A stretch of DNA of 64,000 nt from Candidatus Cloacimonadales bacterium (lineage in GTDB: Bacteria > Cloacimonadota > Cloacimonadia > Cloacimonadales > JAFGVF01): the NCBI GenBank assembly GCA_963678315.1, contig OY782781.1, positions 1,376,001 through 1,440,000 on the forward strand, written 5' to 3'. A program made the translations under genes and the position numbers. Each line of letters begins with the position of its first letter. The first letter of the stretch is position 1. This document shows positions 50,216 through 60,506 of the stretch, in pieces. The notes under the pieces were generated by a model. That model saw only the letters and a list, made by a program, of their open reading frames with translations, was not told where the DNA came from and ran no database searches.

Positions 50216-52270
50216 TTATTCATCTTCAGCTTGAGCAGCTGCAATGATTTTGTTTGCTTCATCACTTGGTACTTTCTCATAATGAGAGAATTTGTCTTCA
50301 AATTTACCTCGACCTTGAGTCAATGATTTAAGTGAAGGGAAGTACTTGTGAACTTCTGATAAAGGTAATTCAGCTGTAAGAATTTGTTTTCTTCCCACTT
50401 GCTCCATACCCATGATTTTACCACGACGAGTTGAAATATCACCCATAACGTCACCCATGTAATCGTTAGGGATAATGATTTTTATTTCGTGAATTGGTTC
50501 TAGAATAATAGGTTTACAGTTTTGGAAACCATTTTTTAGAGCCATTGAAGATGCAATTTTGAATGCCATTTCTGAAGAATCAACATCATGATAAGAACCA
50601 TAATAAAGCTCACAGTAAATATCAACAACAGGATAACCAGCAATGATACCATTGATCATTGTTTCATTGATACCTTTTTCAACAGCAGGGATATAACCTG
50701 AAGGAATTGTACCACCAACAATTGAGTTGATAAATTCATATCCTTCTCCACGTGGTTTTGGACCAACTCTCATGAGAACATGACCATATTGTCCTTTACC
50801 ACCTGATTGCTTTTTATGTTTGTATTCAACTTCAGTTTTACTAGTAATAGTTTCTCTGTAAGGAATTCTAGGTGCTTTTAAAACAGCGTTAACTTTGTAT
50901 CTATTTTTCAATTTCTTTTGAAGTAATAGTAATTGTTGTTCGCCAGTACCTGAAAGAATGTTTTCATGGGTCTCTGGGTTAATAGCTAAATTGATAGTAG
51001 GATCTTCGTTCATTAATCTTTGGATTGCTGAACCAATCTTATCTTCATCATTTTGTGTTTCACCAGTAACTGCTTTCCACATAACTGGAGCAGGTAATTC
51101 AACAGGTTTGCACTTTATATCACTACCTTGTTCAACAATAGAATCCATTGAACGAGCATATTTAAGCTTAACAAGGGCTACGATTTCACCAGCTTTTGCT
51201 TCGCCAGCATCTGCTCTGTTTTTTCCTTGAGCATAATATACATTACCAATCTTATCTTTGTTGTCTTTTTCTGGAATGAATACATCTTTACCAGAAATAA
51301 TAGAACCTGAATAGATTCTCATATAAGCAATATCACCCATTGTTGCATCTGCATAGTTCTTGAAGATGAAACCTACAAGTTTACCATCAGGTGAACATAC
51401 AAATTCCTTTTCTTCTCCCTTTTCTAAAACAATCATGTCTTTTTTGTCTTCAGGACTAGGTAAGTATTCAATGATTGCTTCTAAAAGTGGTTGAAGACCG
51501 ATTTGAGCTGTAGCAGATGATGCAAATGCAGGAATGATATCACCATTAGTAATACCTTTCTTAGCACCCCTTACCATTTCTTCAGCAGAAAGTTCACCAG
51601 CATCAAAGAACTTGTCTAAAAGTTCTTCATCAGATTCAGCAACTGATTCCATTAAAGCCATTCTTTGTTCTTCAACTACATCAGCTACATCAGCAGGGAT
51701 TTCACCCCATTTTCCATCGATAAAAGCTTTATTCTTAAGAATATCTACAACACCTTTAAAAGCACTTTCTTGTCCAATCGGAATGATGATAGGCGTAATT
51801 GCAATATCAGTATTCTCTGTGATTGTTTCAAGTGTTTTGTAAAAATCTGAGTGTTCTTGATCTAATTTATTAACAATAATTGCTTTTGCATTATTCTTGC
51901 CTTGAACTTGTTCAAGTGCTTTTTCTAAACCAACTTCATATCCACCACCACCGTTTGCCACGATGACAGCTGTTTCAACAGCTGGGAATACTGATAATTG
52001 GTCGCCAACATAGTCTGGTGTTCCAGGAGCATCTACAATATTAATTCTGTTATTTTTGTAATCGATGTATCCACAGCTGAGAGATAATGAACTTTTCTTT
52101 TCGATTTCTTCTGCATCAAAGTCCATTACTGTGTTACCATCTTCAACTTTACCAATACGAGTTGTCATTTTTGTAAAGTTGAGTAAGTATTCTACGAGGG
52201 TAGTCTTACCTGCTCCACTTGAACCCAACAAGGCTATGTTCCTAATATTCTTCATGTCATAATTTTTCAT
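50216..52270 (-). CDS. Elongation factor G paralogue (EF-G2/FusA2 type)
   Basis: Full EF-G architecture (HKKQSGGKGQYG, SYHDVDSSEMAF) with divergent G1 GSSGAGKTT instead of AHIDAGKTT. Confidence 0.92.
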   Translation of the reverse strand: MKNYDMKNIRNIALLGSSGAGKTTLVEYLLNFTKMTTRIGKVEDGNTVMDFDAEEIEKKSSLSLSCGYIDYKNNRINIVDAPGTPDYVGDQLSVFPAVETAVIVANGGGGYEVGLEKALEQVQGKNNAKAIIVNKLDQEHSDFYKTLETITENTDIAITPIIIPIGQESAFKGVVDILKNKAFIDGKWGEIPADVADVVEEQRMALMESVAESDEELLDKFFDAGELSAEEMVRGAKKGITNGDIIPAFASSATAQIGLQPLLEAIIEYLPSPEDKKDMIVLEKGEEKEFVCSPDGKLVGFIFKNYADATMGDIAYMRIYSGSIISGKDVFIPEKDNKDKIGNVYYAQGKNRADAGEAKAGEIVALVKLKYARSMDSIVEQGSDIKCKPVELPAPVMWKAVTGETQNDEDKIGSAIQRLMNEDPTINLAINPETHENILSGTGEQQLLLLQKKLKNRYKVNAVLKAPRIPYRETITSKTEVEYKHKKQSGGKGQYGHVLMRVGPKPRGEGYEFINSIVGGTIPSGYIPAVEKGINETMINGIIAGYPVVDIYCELYYGSYHDVDSSEMAFKIASSMALKNGFQNCKPIILEPIHEIKIIIPNDYMGDVMGDISTRRGKIMGMEQVGRKQILTAELPLSEVHKYFPSLKSLTQGRGKFEDKFSHYEKVPSDEANKIIAAAQAEDE

Positions 52271-52548
52271 TATTTCCCCCGATTTATGGATTTTTCAAGT
52301 TAGTTGTCATATTAGCCCTACTTTTTTTAGGTGTCAATATAAATATTAAAATTGAATAAAGAAAAATGCACAATATGAAAGATAAACATATCTAAATCCC
52401 CTTAAATAATGCTAATTACACTAATATGGTTATAAAGCAAAAAAATAGATTAAGAAGTGTTAACAACTTAATCTATCTCGAAAATCTACTGTAATGTTAA
52501 GATTTTGTTAAATATCTGCAAAAGTGTTTATTTTTATCAACATATTTA

Positions 52549-53109
52549 TTATAGCAATGCTCCTATTCCAAGGGTCATAATTGTAACAACAACGGAAGCG
52601 ATTAGAACTCCTCCTAGTGCACAAGCCATGGATTTCCAGAACTTTAATCCGAAAATATAGGCTGCCAAGGAACCAGTCCATGCTCCTGTTACAGGCAGGG
52701 GAATTGCTATAAAGAGAGTTAAACCTATCTCTTCGTACTTTTGAATAACTTCGCTCTTTTTTCTAGTACGAGCAAACAACCAATTAAGAAATTTCTTAGT
52801 CGGTTCCCATTTGTTTAATTGCTCAGTAAACCAGCCCATAAACAAGAGAACAAAAGGTATTGGGAGCATATTTCCAAGAATAGCGTATAGTGCTGCTTCA
52901 AACCAGTGCATATCAAGTAAGCCAATTGCTACTGGGATAGCCCCTCTCAATTCCACAATCGGAAGCATTGATATTAAAATAACAATCAAGGGCTTAGGAA
53001 TGCCATAATCTTTTAATTGATTAGTTATGCTTTCTCCAAAACCAGATCCAAATAGTGAGCTTATCACAGTCAGTAACATGAGAACTAATATTATTTTTCT
53101 TATTTTCAT
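52549..53109 (-). CDS. Putative small multidrug export protein (COG2426)
   Basis: PIVELRGAIP, FIAIPLPVTGAWTG. Confidence 0.88.
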   Translation of the reverse strand: MKIRKIILVLMLLTVISSLFGSGFGESITNQLKDYGIPKPLIVILISMLPIVELRGAIPVAIGLLDMHWFEAALYAILGNMLPIPFVLLFMGWFTEQLNKWEPTKKFLNWLFARTRKKSEVIQKYEEIGLTLFIAIPLPVTGAWTGSLAAYIFGLKFWKSMACALGGVLIASVVVTIMTLGIGALL

Positions 53110-53146
53110 TTTTTCTACTTTTTCTATATTTTTATTTTGTACTTAA

Positions 53147-54436
53147 TTATATAATATCGTATTTCTTTAATGAACTATATAATTCTTTAGTGATTTCGGT
53201 AATTATATATACAAGAGGAACTGAGATAATCATTCCTAAAATCCCAAACAAGTATCCTCCAGCAACAACTGTTAAAAATACATGTAATGGATGCATATTT
53301 GTATTCTTACCAATAACAATAGGATATACAATGTTATTATCTAATACTTGAACTCCCCACATACCGAAGATTACGTAAATAATCATACCTAGATCTTGCC
53401 CAGATAGTATTACGGAAACAATTGCAAAGAGTACTCCGAAGAATGGTCCAAAGTAAGGGACCATATTTGCCAGACCTGCTAAAAAACCAATCAAAATAGA
53501 ATAATTTACTCCGATAATTGTTAAAACTATTGATGATAGTATACCAACTATTAACACTTCGATTAAAAGGGCTCTTAAGAAAGAAGAAACTAGCTCGTTA
53601 ATTTTATGAGTGATAGTTAAAAAAAGCTCAAAAATCCTGTTAGGAATAAACCTATTTCCCATTTTAATGAATATATTCATATCATTTAAGATAAAGAAAC
53701 TTATAAATGGAATCATGAATATAAAAGCGAACATAGAAGCTAACTTCTCAAGATTTACTAATAAGATAGCAGGTACTTCAATAATTTGTTGTTTTAATCT
53801 ATCAAAAGCATTTCTTATCTCATATCTTAAGTCAACAAAAACAATTCTTTCGTCTATATCCTCAATCAAATTATTAAGCTGTGCTATCAACGGATACTTA
53901 GCAAGTCTTTCCATTGATTTCTGATAAGTAGAATCTGCTTTTGTTAAACTTAAACTCTCAACTTGTCTGACAGTGTCAATTATTGCTGTATCTTTAGTTA
54001 ATGTGCCGTCTGCACTCAATGTCCATTTATCAGTAGTCTCATCATTATGCAGGTGAATGTTAATCACTCTTTCAGGAGGTAATTTATCTTTATCTCTTAT
54101 CTTTTCTTCAAAATCTTTCTTAGCTTTTGGAGAATTTATCTCATGAGATTCTCTCAAATATGAGAAAATATCCTCACCTTGCGAGAATATTCGAGGCAAG
54201 ACAACCAGCATTGATGTCGCTAGTATTATAGCTATAACTAGATATATTACTACGATAGAGAGTGTTCGGCTATAGCCATAACTTTCAATCCATGATACCG
54301 CAGGATTTAATACAAAGGCAAATACTATTGATGCTAAGACTGCGCTTAAAACATTCCAATAAAGGAAACCAGCAAACAATATTACTAATAGTAAAAAGCT
54401 GTTGAATAGTAGTCTATTAGTCTTCTTTAGCATCAC
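53147..54436 (-). CDS. AI-2E/PerM family transporter with a long soluble insert
   Basis: LNPAV, NMVPYFGP, QVLDNNIVYP..IG..MHP. Confidence 0.88.
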   Translation of the reverse strand: MMLKKTNRLLFNSFLLLVILFAGFLYWNVLSAVLASIVFAFVLNPAVSWIESYGYSRTLSIVVIYLVIAIILATSMLVVLPRIFSQGEDIFSYLRESHEINSPKAKKDFEEKIRDKDKLPPERVINIHLHNDETTDKWTLSADGTLTKDTAIIDTVRQVESLSLTKADSTYQKSMERLAKYPLIAQLNNLIEDIDERIVFVDLRYEIRNAFDRLKQQIIEVPAILLVNLEKLASMFAFIFMIPFISFFILNDMNIFIKMGNRFIPNRIFELFLTITHKINELVSSFLRALLIEVLIVGILSSIVLTIIGVNYSILIGFLAGLANMVPYFGPFFGVLFAIVSVILSGQDLGMIIYVIFGMWGVQVLDNNIVYPIVIGKNTNMHPLHVFLTVVAGGYLFGILGMIISVPLVYIITEITKELYSSLKKYDII

Positions 54437-54953
54437 TTTCCTGCTTTATGATTTTCTCATACAAAGAATAGCTATATTTTTCACAGAAAGAATATAAAAT
54501 CTTGGAACCTATCCTAGGTTTATTTTTAACCATATTTCTAAAGTCAAACTTTGAAATCGCAAGTACATGACAAGGTGTTTTAGCGATAGCAGTAGACAGT
54601 CTTTTAGTGCCTGTAAAAATCTCTATTGAGCCTAGTAAATTCCCTTTTTCAAGCTCCAAAGTTGGGTTTTCATCAAGCTCATTATCATATAATTCAACTT
54701 GTCCCTCATATATAAAATATAGAGCAATATTTGGGTGGTTCTTTTGGAAAATAACTTCGCCTGCTTTATAGTTTCTCTCGAAAACAATATTGTTTAATGC
54801 TCTTATCTCGAATTTATTCAAAGACTTGAATACACTAAAATCTAATAATAGTTTCTCATGGTCAGTTAAATTGATAAGATTGTCTTTCTTCTTTTTAATA
54901 TATAAGAAGGACATTTTCAAAAATTCTAAAACACTTTCTAGCTTTTTTCCCAT
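54417..54953 (-). CDS. Stand-alone cyclic-nucleotide-binding domain protein
   Basis: YKAGEVIF..LYFIYEGQV..G..E..R.STA. Likely start at MGKK, overlapping the pcm end. Confidence 0.83.
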   Translation of the reverse strand: MGKKLESVLEFLKMSFLYIKKKKDNLINLTDHEKLLLDFSVFKSLNKFEIRALNNIVFERNYKAGEVIFQKNHPNIALYFIYEGQVELYDNELDENPTLELEKGNLLGSIEIFTGTKRLSTAIAKTPCHVLAISKFDFRNMVKNKPRIGSKILYSFCEKYSYSLYEKIIKQESDAKED

Positions 54954-55591
54954 CCTGCTTCTCCAATTAATGGAACAAATGAACAAGGTATTCCATCATA
55001 TTCTTCATAATCGTTTTCTCTTCTAACTATTATCTTCAAATCTTGCTTTTGTATATCTCCAACTGGTATTACCATAATCCCATTTACTTTTAACTGCTCT
55101 TTCAAATATTCTGAAACATCCGGAGCTCCTGCACACACAATTATTTTGTCGAAACTCTTAATTGAAGGATAAGCTCTTTCCCAGCCTTTTGTACCATCTC
55201 CAGTTCTTAAAAAAATATTTTTAAAGTCATACTTCTCTAGATTTTTTCTTGCAGTTATAGTTAGCTCATTATGGCGTTCAACAGAGCAAACAGTATCAAC
55301 TATATTGGCTAATAGAGCTGTCTGATAGCCTGAACCTGTACCAATTTCTAAAACAACATCTTCAGGTTGAAGCTGTAATATTTGTAGCATTAAAGCTACA
55401 ATGAAGGGTTGCGAAATTGTTTGCTCAGATTTAATTGGCAATGCCTGATTCTTATAGGCAAAAGCTTTTAAATGAGGTAATACGAAATCTTCTCTATTGA
55501 TAACTTCAAAAGCATTAAGCACTTTTGGGTCAGTGATTTGCTGAGACTTTAGTTCACTTATTAGTTTAGCTTTCTGATCTTCAAATCTCAT
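54938..55591 (-). CDS. pcm: Protein-L-isoaspartate O-methyltransferase
   Basis: QTISQP, VLEIGTGSGYQTA, GDGTKG, FVPL. Confidence 0.95.
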   Translation of the reverse strand: MRFEDQKAKLISELKSQQITDPKVLNAFEVINREDFVLPHLKAFAYKNQALPIKSEQTISQPFIVALMLQILQLQPEDVVLEIGTGSGYQTALLANIVDTVCSVERHNELTITARKNLEKYDFKNIFLRTGDGTKGWERAYPSIKSFDKIIVCAGAPDVSEYLKEQLKVNGIMVIPVGDIQKQDLKIIVRRENDYEEYDGIPCSFVPLIGEAGWEKS

Positions 55592-56331
55592 AATTTATAG
55601 ATCTCTTCCATCTTCTTTAAGTCGTTAAAACACATCGATTTTCTCATTAGTGGTGTGATTGAAACATAATCATGAGCTACAGCATAAAAATCACTACTTG
55701 CATTTTCAACCCATTCTGGAGCGTCTCCACCAACCCTATAAACCCATCTCGAATCGTTTTTCTCAGTAAATCTCATGAAATTCTTGTAGCGTCTTTCTCC
55801 AATATTCGTAAGTTTATAACCTTTAATGTCTTCGAAAGGAATGTTAGGGATATTTATGTTATGAAGTTCATTTTTTCTAAGTTGTTTGTGAATACCCATT
55901 TCAAGAACTTGAACTACAACTTCAACACCTGTTTCATAAGTGATGTCTGAATAAGCACACATAGAGAATGCCAAGGCTGGTATTCCTAAAAAACATGCCT
56001 CTGTCGCAGCAGCTACTGTTCCAGAATAGAATATATCTTCTCCCATATTTTGACCTGCATTTATTCCTGATATTACTAAATCAAAATCTGTTGCAATCTC
56101 ATTTGTAGCAAAGATAACACAATCTGCTGGAGTTCCACTAACTCGATATATTTTATTATGAACTTTTTCTGCTATTAAATCTTGAAATAAAGTAATTGAG
56201 TGTGATGCACCAGATCGTTGCCTATCTGGAGCAACTAAATAGGCATCGTAACCTAAGTTATTTAATCTATCAAATAAAAGCTGAATCCCCTCAGCATTAT
56301 ACCCATCATCGTTAGTTAATAATATTTTCAA
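55588..56331 (-). CDS. surE: 5'/3'-nucleotidase SurE
   Basis: ILLTNDDG, GTPADCV, SGINAGQN, YSGTVAAA; canonical surE-pcm order. Confidence 0.96.
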   Translation of the reverse strand: MKILLTNDDGYNAEGIQLLFDRLNNLGYDAYLVAPDRQRSGASHSITLFQDLIAEKVHNKIYRVSGTPADCVIFATNEIATDFDLVISGINAGQNMGEDIFYSGTVAAATEACFLGIPALAFSMCAYSDITYETGVEVVVQVLEMGIHKQLRKNELHNINIPNIPFEDIKGYKLTNIGERRYKNFMRFTEKNDSRWVYRVGGDAPEWVENASSDFYAVAHDYVSITPLMRKSMCFNDLKKMEEIYKL

Positions 56332-56510
56332 GAAATTCTCCTGTAATAAATTTATCTTATCAAATCAAATCATCTTTAACTTGTCAAGAAAATATCTTTT
56401 ACATAAACTCAATTTATGAGTACTCAAGCTTCTAGCTTGCCGATTGTAGATGTTTTTTTCACCCACGATTGAAATCATGAGCTCTAAGGATATTATGTCC
56501 CCAAGGGACA

Positions 56511-56888
56511 TCAGTTTTTTTCTGGTGGGTACTCAATAGTTATAATATCCCAATTAGAAATTATTTGCTGGAAGCTGATTGTAGCTAGTTCTATGTTTGT
56601 AACTTGCTTCTTAAAGGCGAACATCAGTTTATAGAAAACAATGTAAATAGAACGTAATCTTAGTTTTCTATTAATTCGATGTAAGTCTCTAATTTGTTCT
56701 TGAGGAAGAAGCTTGTACATCTTGGCTAGGTTCTTGGCATATCCACCCATTTTCTTATTTTGCTGAGAGCTCTTTGGTTTAACGTATCTTCTTGCTATAA
56801 GGTAGGGAAGACCTTTAACTTGATAGACAACTAAATTTTTATCAGAGTGTTGTTTAGCATAATACTTCATATCTAAAAATAGTTTCAT
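56511..56888 (-). CDS. Small basic hypothetical protein, distant paralogue of 30075-30530
   Basis: LVVY..IARRYVKPKSSQQNKKMG..KNLA aligns with LVYS..IGKLY..TSQNHAIG..KNIA; AAGGA RBS; shared upstream element. Confidence 0.78.
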   Translation of the reverse strand: MKLFLDMKYYAKQHSDKNLVVYQVKGLPYLIARRYVKPKSSQQNKKMGGYAKNLAKMYKLLPQEQIRDLHRINRKLRLRSIYIVFYKLMFAFKKQVTNIELATISFQQIISNWDIITIEYPPEKN

Positions 56889-56904
56889 TATCTTTCCTTT
56901 AGCC

Positions 56905-56977
56905 TAATTTTTTTAAGAGAATTTACTACCCTTCATAAATACTATGGGCACACTTTTCTTAAAAAAGGCACACTTCA
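56905..56977 (-). promoter_or_regulatory. Conserved upstream element, copy 2
   Basis: AAGTGTGCC-N11-AAGTGTGCCCATAGTATTTATGA on the minus strand, matching 29991-30063. Confidence 0.75.
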
Positions 56978-57195
56978 GGAAAATAATTACAGAAATACCC
57001 TAAAAAAGTATATTATAAATTTGTGGAAGGATGAACAAGGTGCACACATAGCTTCGAAAACTATCTAAAATACCCTAGAAGGATATATTATCAAAAGCCC
57101 ATGATTTCAATCATGGGTAATAAATGAGCATTTAATTTGTAGTCCTGAAGGGACTTGAATATAGGCATTCAGCAAAATAAGTACTTACAGCACTT

Positions 57196-57416
57196 TTAAT
57201 CCAAATAATGCACTAGGATTTTAAAAATAGCACTATATTATTCCTGTGAAGGCGTAGCTTTAGCGAAGACTCATGGCAAGAATAACTTCCATAATCTCAA
57301 CTAGAATATATATTATTCAAGCTTCGATTCTGTAAGATATTTTGCTGAAAGACCGTGTCTGGCTTAGACGGAATCTGCACTATTTTCATAAAGCCTAATG
57401 CATCATCTGGGTTTAA
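57196..57416. mobile_element. MITE-like element, copy 1, carrying two short insertions
   Basis: Imperfect TIRs TTAATCCAAATAATGCACTAGG / CCTAATGCATCATCTGGGTTTAA; near-identical to 57667-57836. Confidence 0.75.
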
Positions 57417-57666
57417 CAATTTTAATTTATTATCACCTAGCTTTGAAAAGCTAGGCTTTGGATAATTAATCCCTTCGGGATATTTATGGATAGCCTTCAT
57501 TCGAAAAGAACAAGTATTTTCGAATTCGGAGTGTTCACGATCCATCATCTAGTAACTCCCCTTCACTCTTTCTAACTCCAATCTCACTTCTAGCTCAAGC
57601 CCTTCTTGCATAAAAACCAGATTTAATGCAGGAGGCTGGTAATAAATAATAAATAAGAACTAGCTT

Positions 57667-57836
57667 TTAACCCAAATAATGTACTAGGACTTGAAAAATA
57701 GCACTATATTATTTGGCAAGAATAACTTCCATAATCTCAACTAGAATATATATTATTCAAGCTTCGATTCTGTAAGCTATTTTGCTGAAATAATCTGCAC
57801 TATTTTCGTCAAACCTAGTGCATCATCTGGGTTTAA
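57667..57836. mobile_element. MITE-like element, copy 2 (~170 bp)
   Basis: TTAACCCAAATAATGTACTAGG / CCTAGTGCATCATCTGGGTTTAA TIRs; non-coding interior. Confidence 0.75.
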
Positions 57837-57968
57837 TCAAATAATACACTAGACTTAATTTATAGAAAAAATATTTTTAATGTAACTCAACAAATGGTTT
57901 GACATTTTACATAGTGTAGATATAATGTGTAGTAGGAATATTGTAGATTAAATTTAGGAGCTGATAAG

Positions 57969-58454
57969 ATGAAAAAACTAGTAATTATAACTATGTTATT
58001 TGCAGTTGTGTTTAGCTTAAATGCCCAACTAAGAATTGGGGATTCAGGGACGAATCTACTTCCTTCTGATTGGTCATGGTCACCAAATAGCTGGAATTGG
58101 AATCCCAATAACTATTCATTACTAAATCCAAATAATTATAGCATGAATCACTCTATGTCTTTTGCTACTTCTTATTCAAACGGATTATCATTTTACCAAT
58201 CAACTTATACAAATCACATTTCTTATCAAGTTAATAAGGATTTAGATATAAATGTAGATTTGCACTTTACCAATTTTGGTTCAGCAAACATAAGTGATGG
58301 TTTTAACATAGAATCTAATGGCGATAATACAAGTGATATAGTACCTGATTTCTCAGTGGAATACAGACCTACTGAAAATACAACAATCAACTTTGTTTAT
58401 AAGGGTGGCTATCCTGGAAGAGCTTATAACAGATTTTATGATTGGAGGGATTAA
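57969..58454 (+). CDS. Secreted hypothetical protein
   Basis: AGGAG RBS, signal peptide, W/N/P-rich low-complexity segment, beta-strand pattern. Confidence 0.8.
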   Translation: MKKLVIITMLFAVVFSLNAQLRIGDSGTNLLPSDWSWSPNSWNWNPNNYSLLNPNNYSMNHSMSFATSYSNGLSFYQSTYTNHISYQVNKDLDINVDLHFTNFGSANISDGFNIESNGDNTSDIVPDFSVEYRPTENTTINFVYKGGYPGRAYNRFYDWRD

Positions 58455-59243
58455 TTGGAGTTAGAAGGAATTATCATATTCTTTCTTATGTTGCTTGGTC
58501 TGGCATTTGGAAGTTTTTTTAATGTTGTAATATATCGTTTACCTGAAAATAAATCACTTATTCCGTCATCGAAGTGCCCTACATGTGGTAAATCAATACC
58601 CTTTTGGTTAAACATTCCCATTCTCTCATGGATAGTATTAGGTGGAAAGTGTAAATACTGCAAAAGTCCGATAAAATGGCACTATCTTATTGTAGAATTT
58701 ATCACGCCAATTATCTATTTATTAGTATATTTAAAATTTAATGATCAGCCTATTCCTATAATTCTAAAGTACTTAGTGTTCTTTTCTTATGGTAATATCA
58801 TACTATTTATTGATATTTACCACATGAGAATTCCTTTCAAATTATCAATTCCACTTATAGTTTTAGGCATTTTAACTAATCTAATTCCTCAAAATGATAT
58901 TTCTTTAGTCAATAGTCTCATCGGAGGAGGAGGATCTTTCTTATTCTTTACTGGCTTAATGGTAGCCTATTATTATATCAGAGGTAAAGATGGTCTGGGC
59001 TTTGGAGATGTCTTACTACTTACTGCAATAGGCTTTTTCACAGGAATTAATAGCCTAGCCTTTATTCTAGTTTTTGCTTCTATAGTGGGAGTTATAGTAA
59101 TGTCTGCAGTCATGAAATATGGCAAAGATAAGTTGTTTCCTTTTGGACCTTTTCTTGTTTTAGCCTCATGGATATATATACTTTGGGCACATAAGTATGT
59201 AGACCTATATTTTGAGTATATGAAAATATTTATCAAAGGATAA
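58455..59243 (+). CDS. pilD: Prepilin peptidase (A24)
   Basis: GSFFNVVIYRLP, CxxC..CxxC, ID, GLGFGD, PFGPFL. Confidence 0.93.
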   Translation: MELEGIIIFFLMLLGLAFGSFFNVVIYRLPENKSLIPSSKCPTCGKSIPFWLNIPILSWIVLGGKCKYCKSPIKWHYLIVEFITPIIYLLVYLKFNDQPIPIILKYLVFFSYGNIILFIDIYHMRIPFKLSIPLIVLGILTNLIPQNDISLVNSLIGGGGSFLFFTGLMVAYYYIRGKDGLGFGDVLLLTAIGFFTGINSLAFILVFASIVGVIVMSAVMKYGKDKLFPFGPFLVLASWIYILWAHKYVDLYFEYMKIFIKG

Positions 59244-59246
59244 AGT

Positions 59247-60110
59247 TTGGATTTTATTACACAAAGATTCGAAAATCTAGTTACTACAAATAGGGTAAAG
59301 GCTGTTGACTTAATAAAAGAAGCTATTAAGAATGAGCCTAATAATGCTGAATATTTAACAAGTTATGGTAAATACCTGTGCGAAAATGATTACACTGTTG
59401 AAGGAGTGAAACTTTTAATGAAAGCAGATAAAATTAAGAGTTTAGACCTTCCTGTTAAGTTCACTTTAGCTAATTCACTGTTAAAGCTGGGCGAGTATGC
59501 AGAAGCAATTATCTATTTTAAACATCTAAAGAAAGATTATCCAGAAGCAAGTTATAATTCAGCTATATGTTATATTCGTATCAATAAACTTGATGAAGCA
59601 ATCAAAGAACTTAGGTCACTTAGAAATTCCAAATTTCTTGCTCAAGAAGCTCAAAAACTACTTATTAGTATTCTTAATTTTCGCTTTGACCATGAAGAGC
59701 TTTATAAAGAATTAGAATATTATAAATCAGCCTTCGGAGAAGATGAGTACTATCATCTAGAAAGTGGCAAAGAAGCTGTTGTGAATCACCGAGATTTTGA
59801 AGCTATTAAGCACTTTCAAAAACTTAAAAATAGTGATATTGATAAAGATTCATATTATTCATTATTCGTAATTTCTTTGAATAGATTAGAAAACTATGAG
59901 CTAAGCTTGGAAATATTAAAATATCTCTGGAAAGCAAAGCCTGAAGATTACCATTTAACCTATGACTTTGCTCAGTGCCTTATTAACTGCAAGAAATACA
60001 GTCAAGCTCTTGATGTTATAGATTATTATGTTGAAGATAATGAAGAATCATCAGAAATGAAGTACCTACGAGTCAAGGCTGAAAACCTTTTAAAGCTAAC
60101 TAATCCCTAG
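59247..60110 (+). CDS. TPR-repeat protein
   Basis: Repeated helical LA..LGEY.EA / A.YN.A.CY patterns. Confidence 0.8.
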   Translation: MDFITQRFENLVTTNRVKAVDLIKEAIKNEPNNAEYLTSYGKYLCENDYTVEGVKLLMKADKIKSLDLPVKFTLANSLLKLGEYAEAIIYFKHLKKDYPEASYNSAICYIRINKLDEAIKELRSLRNSKFLAQEAQKLLISILNFRFDHEELYKELEYYKSAFGEDEYYHLESGKEAVVNHRDFEAIKHFQKLKNSDIDKDSYYSLFVISLNRLENYELSLEILKYLWKAKPEDYHLTYDFAQCLINCKKYSQALDVIDYYVEDNEESSEMKYLRVKAENLLKLTNP

Positions 60111-60191
60111 AAAAAGTATCCTATAAAAAAAATAACTAAAAAATACTTGACACCTATTTGCACAAATTGACAATTTGATCAAGAGGTAAAC

Positions 60192-60506
60192 ATGACCCAA
60201 GAAGAACAAAGAAAATTTAATGTAATGTCTAAGATTGTGAAGGCTATGTCTCACCCAACTAGACTTTTTATTGTAGATAAATTAAAAGAAAGAAAACACT
60301 GTGTATGTGAATTAACAGATATGATTGATTCAGATATTTCAACTGTTTCAAGACATCTTTCTGTCTTGAAGAACGCTGGTATTCTAATGGATGAAAAGGT
60401 TAAGAATAACGTATATTATTCTCTTAGATGCCCATGTGTAACTGATTTTTTCTCATGTGTGATAAATATTATTAGAACACAACATGAGGATGTAGAAGGT
60501 TTATAA
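60192..60506 (+). CDS. arsR: ArsR/SmtB-family repressor
   Basis: KAMSHPTRL, CVCEL, STVSRHLSVLKNAG. Confidence 0.92.
   Translation: MTQEEQRKFNVMSKIVKAMSHPTRLFIVDKLKERKHCVCELTDMIDSDISTVSRHLSVLKNAGILMDEKVKNNVYYSLRCPCVTDFFSCVINIIRTQHEDVEGL

Noticed and set aside
57297..57548. 83-aa ORF as a transposase remnant
   Set aside because: It crosses the MITE boundary and unrelated palindromes, with no DDE/HUH motif or RBS.
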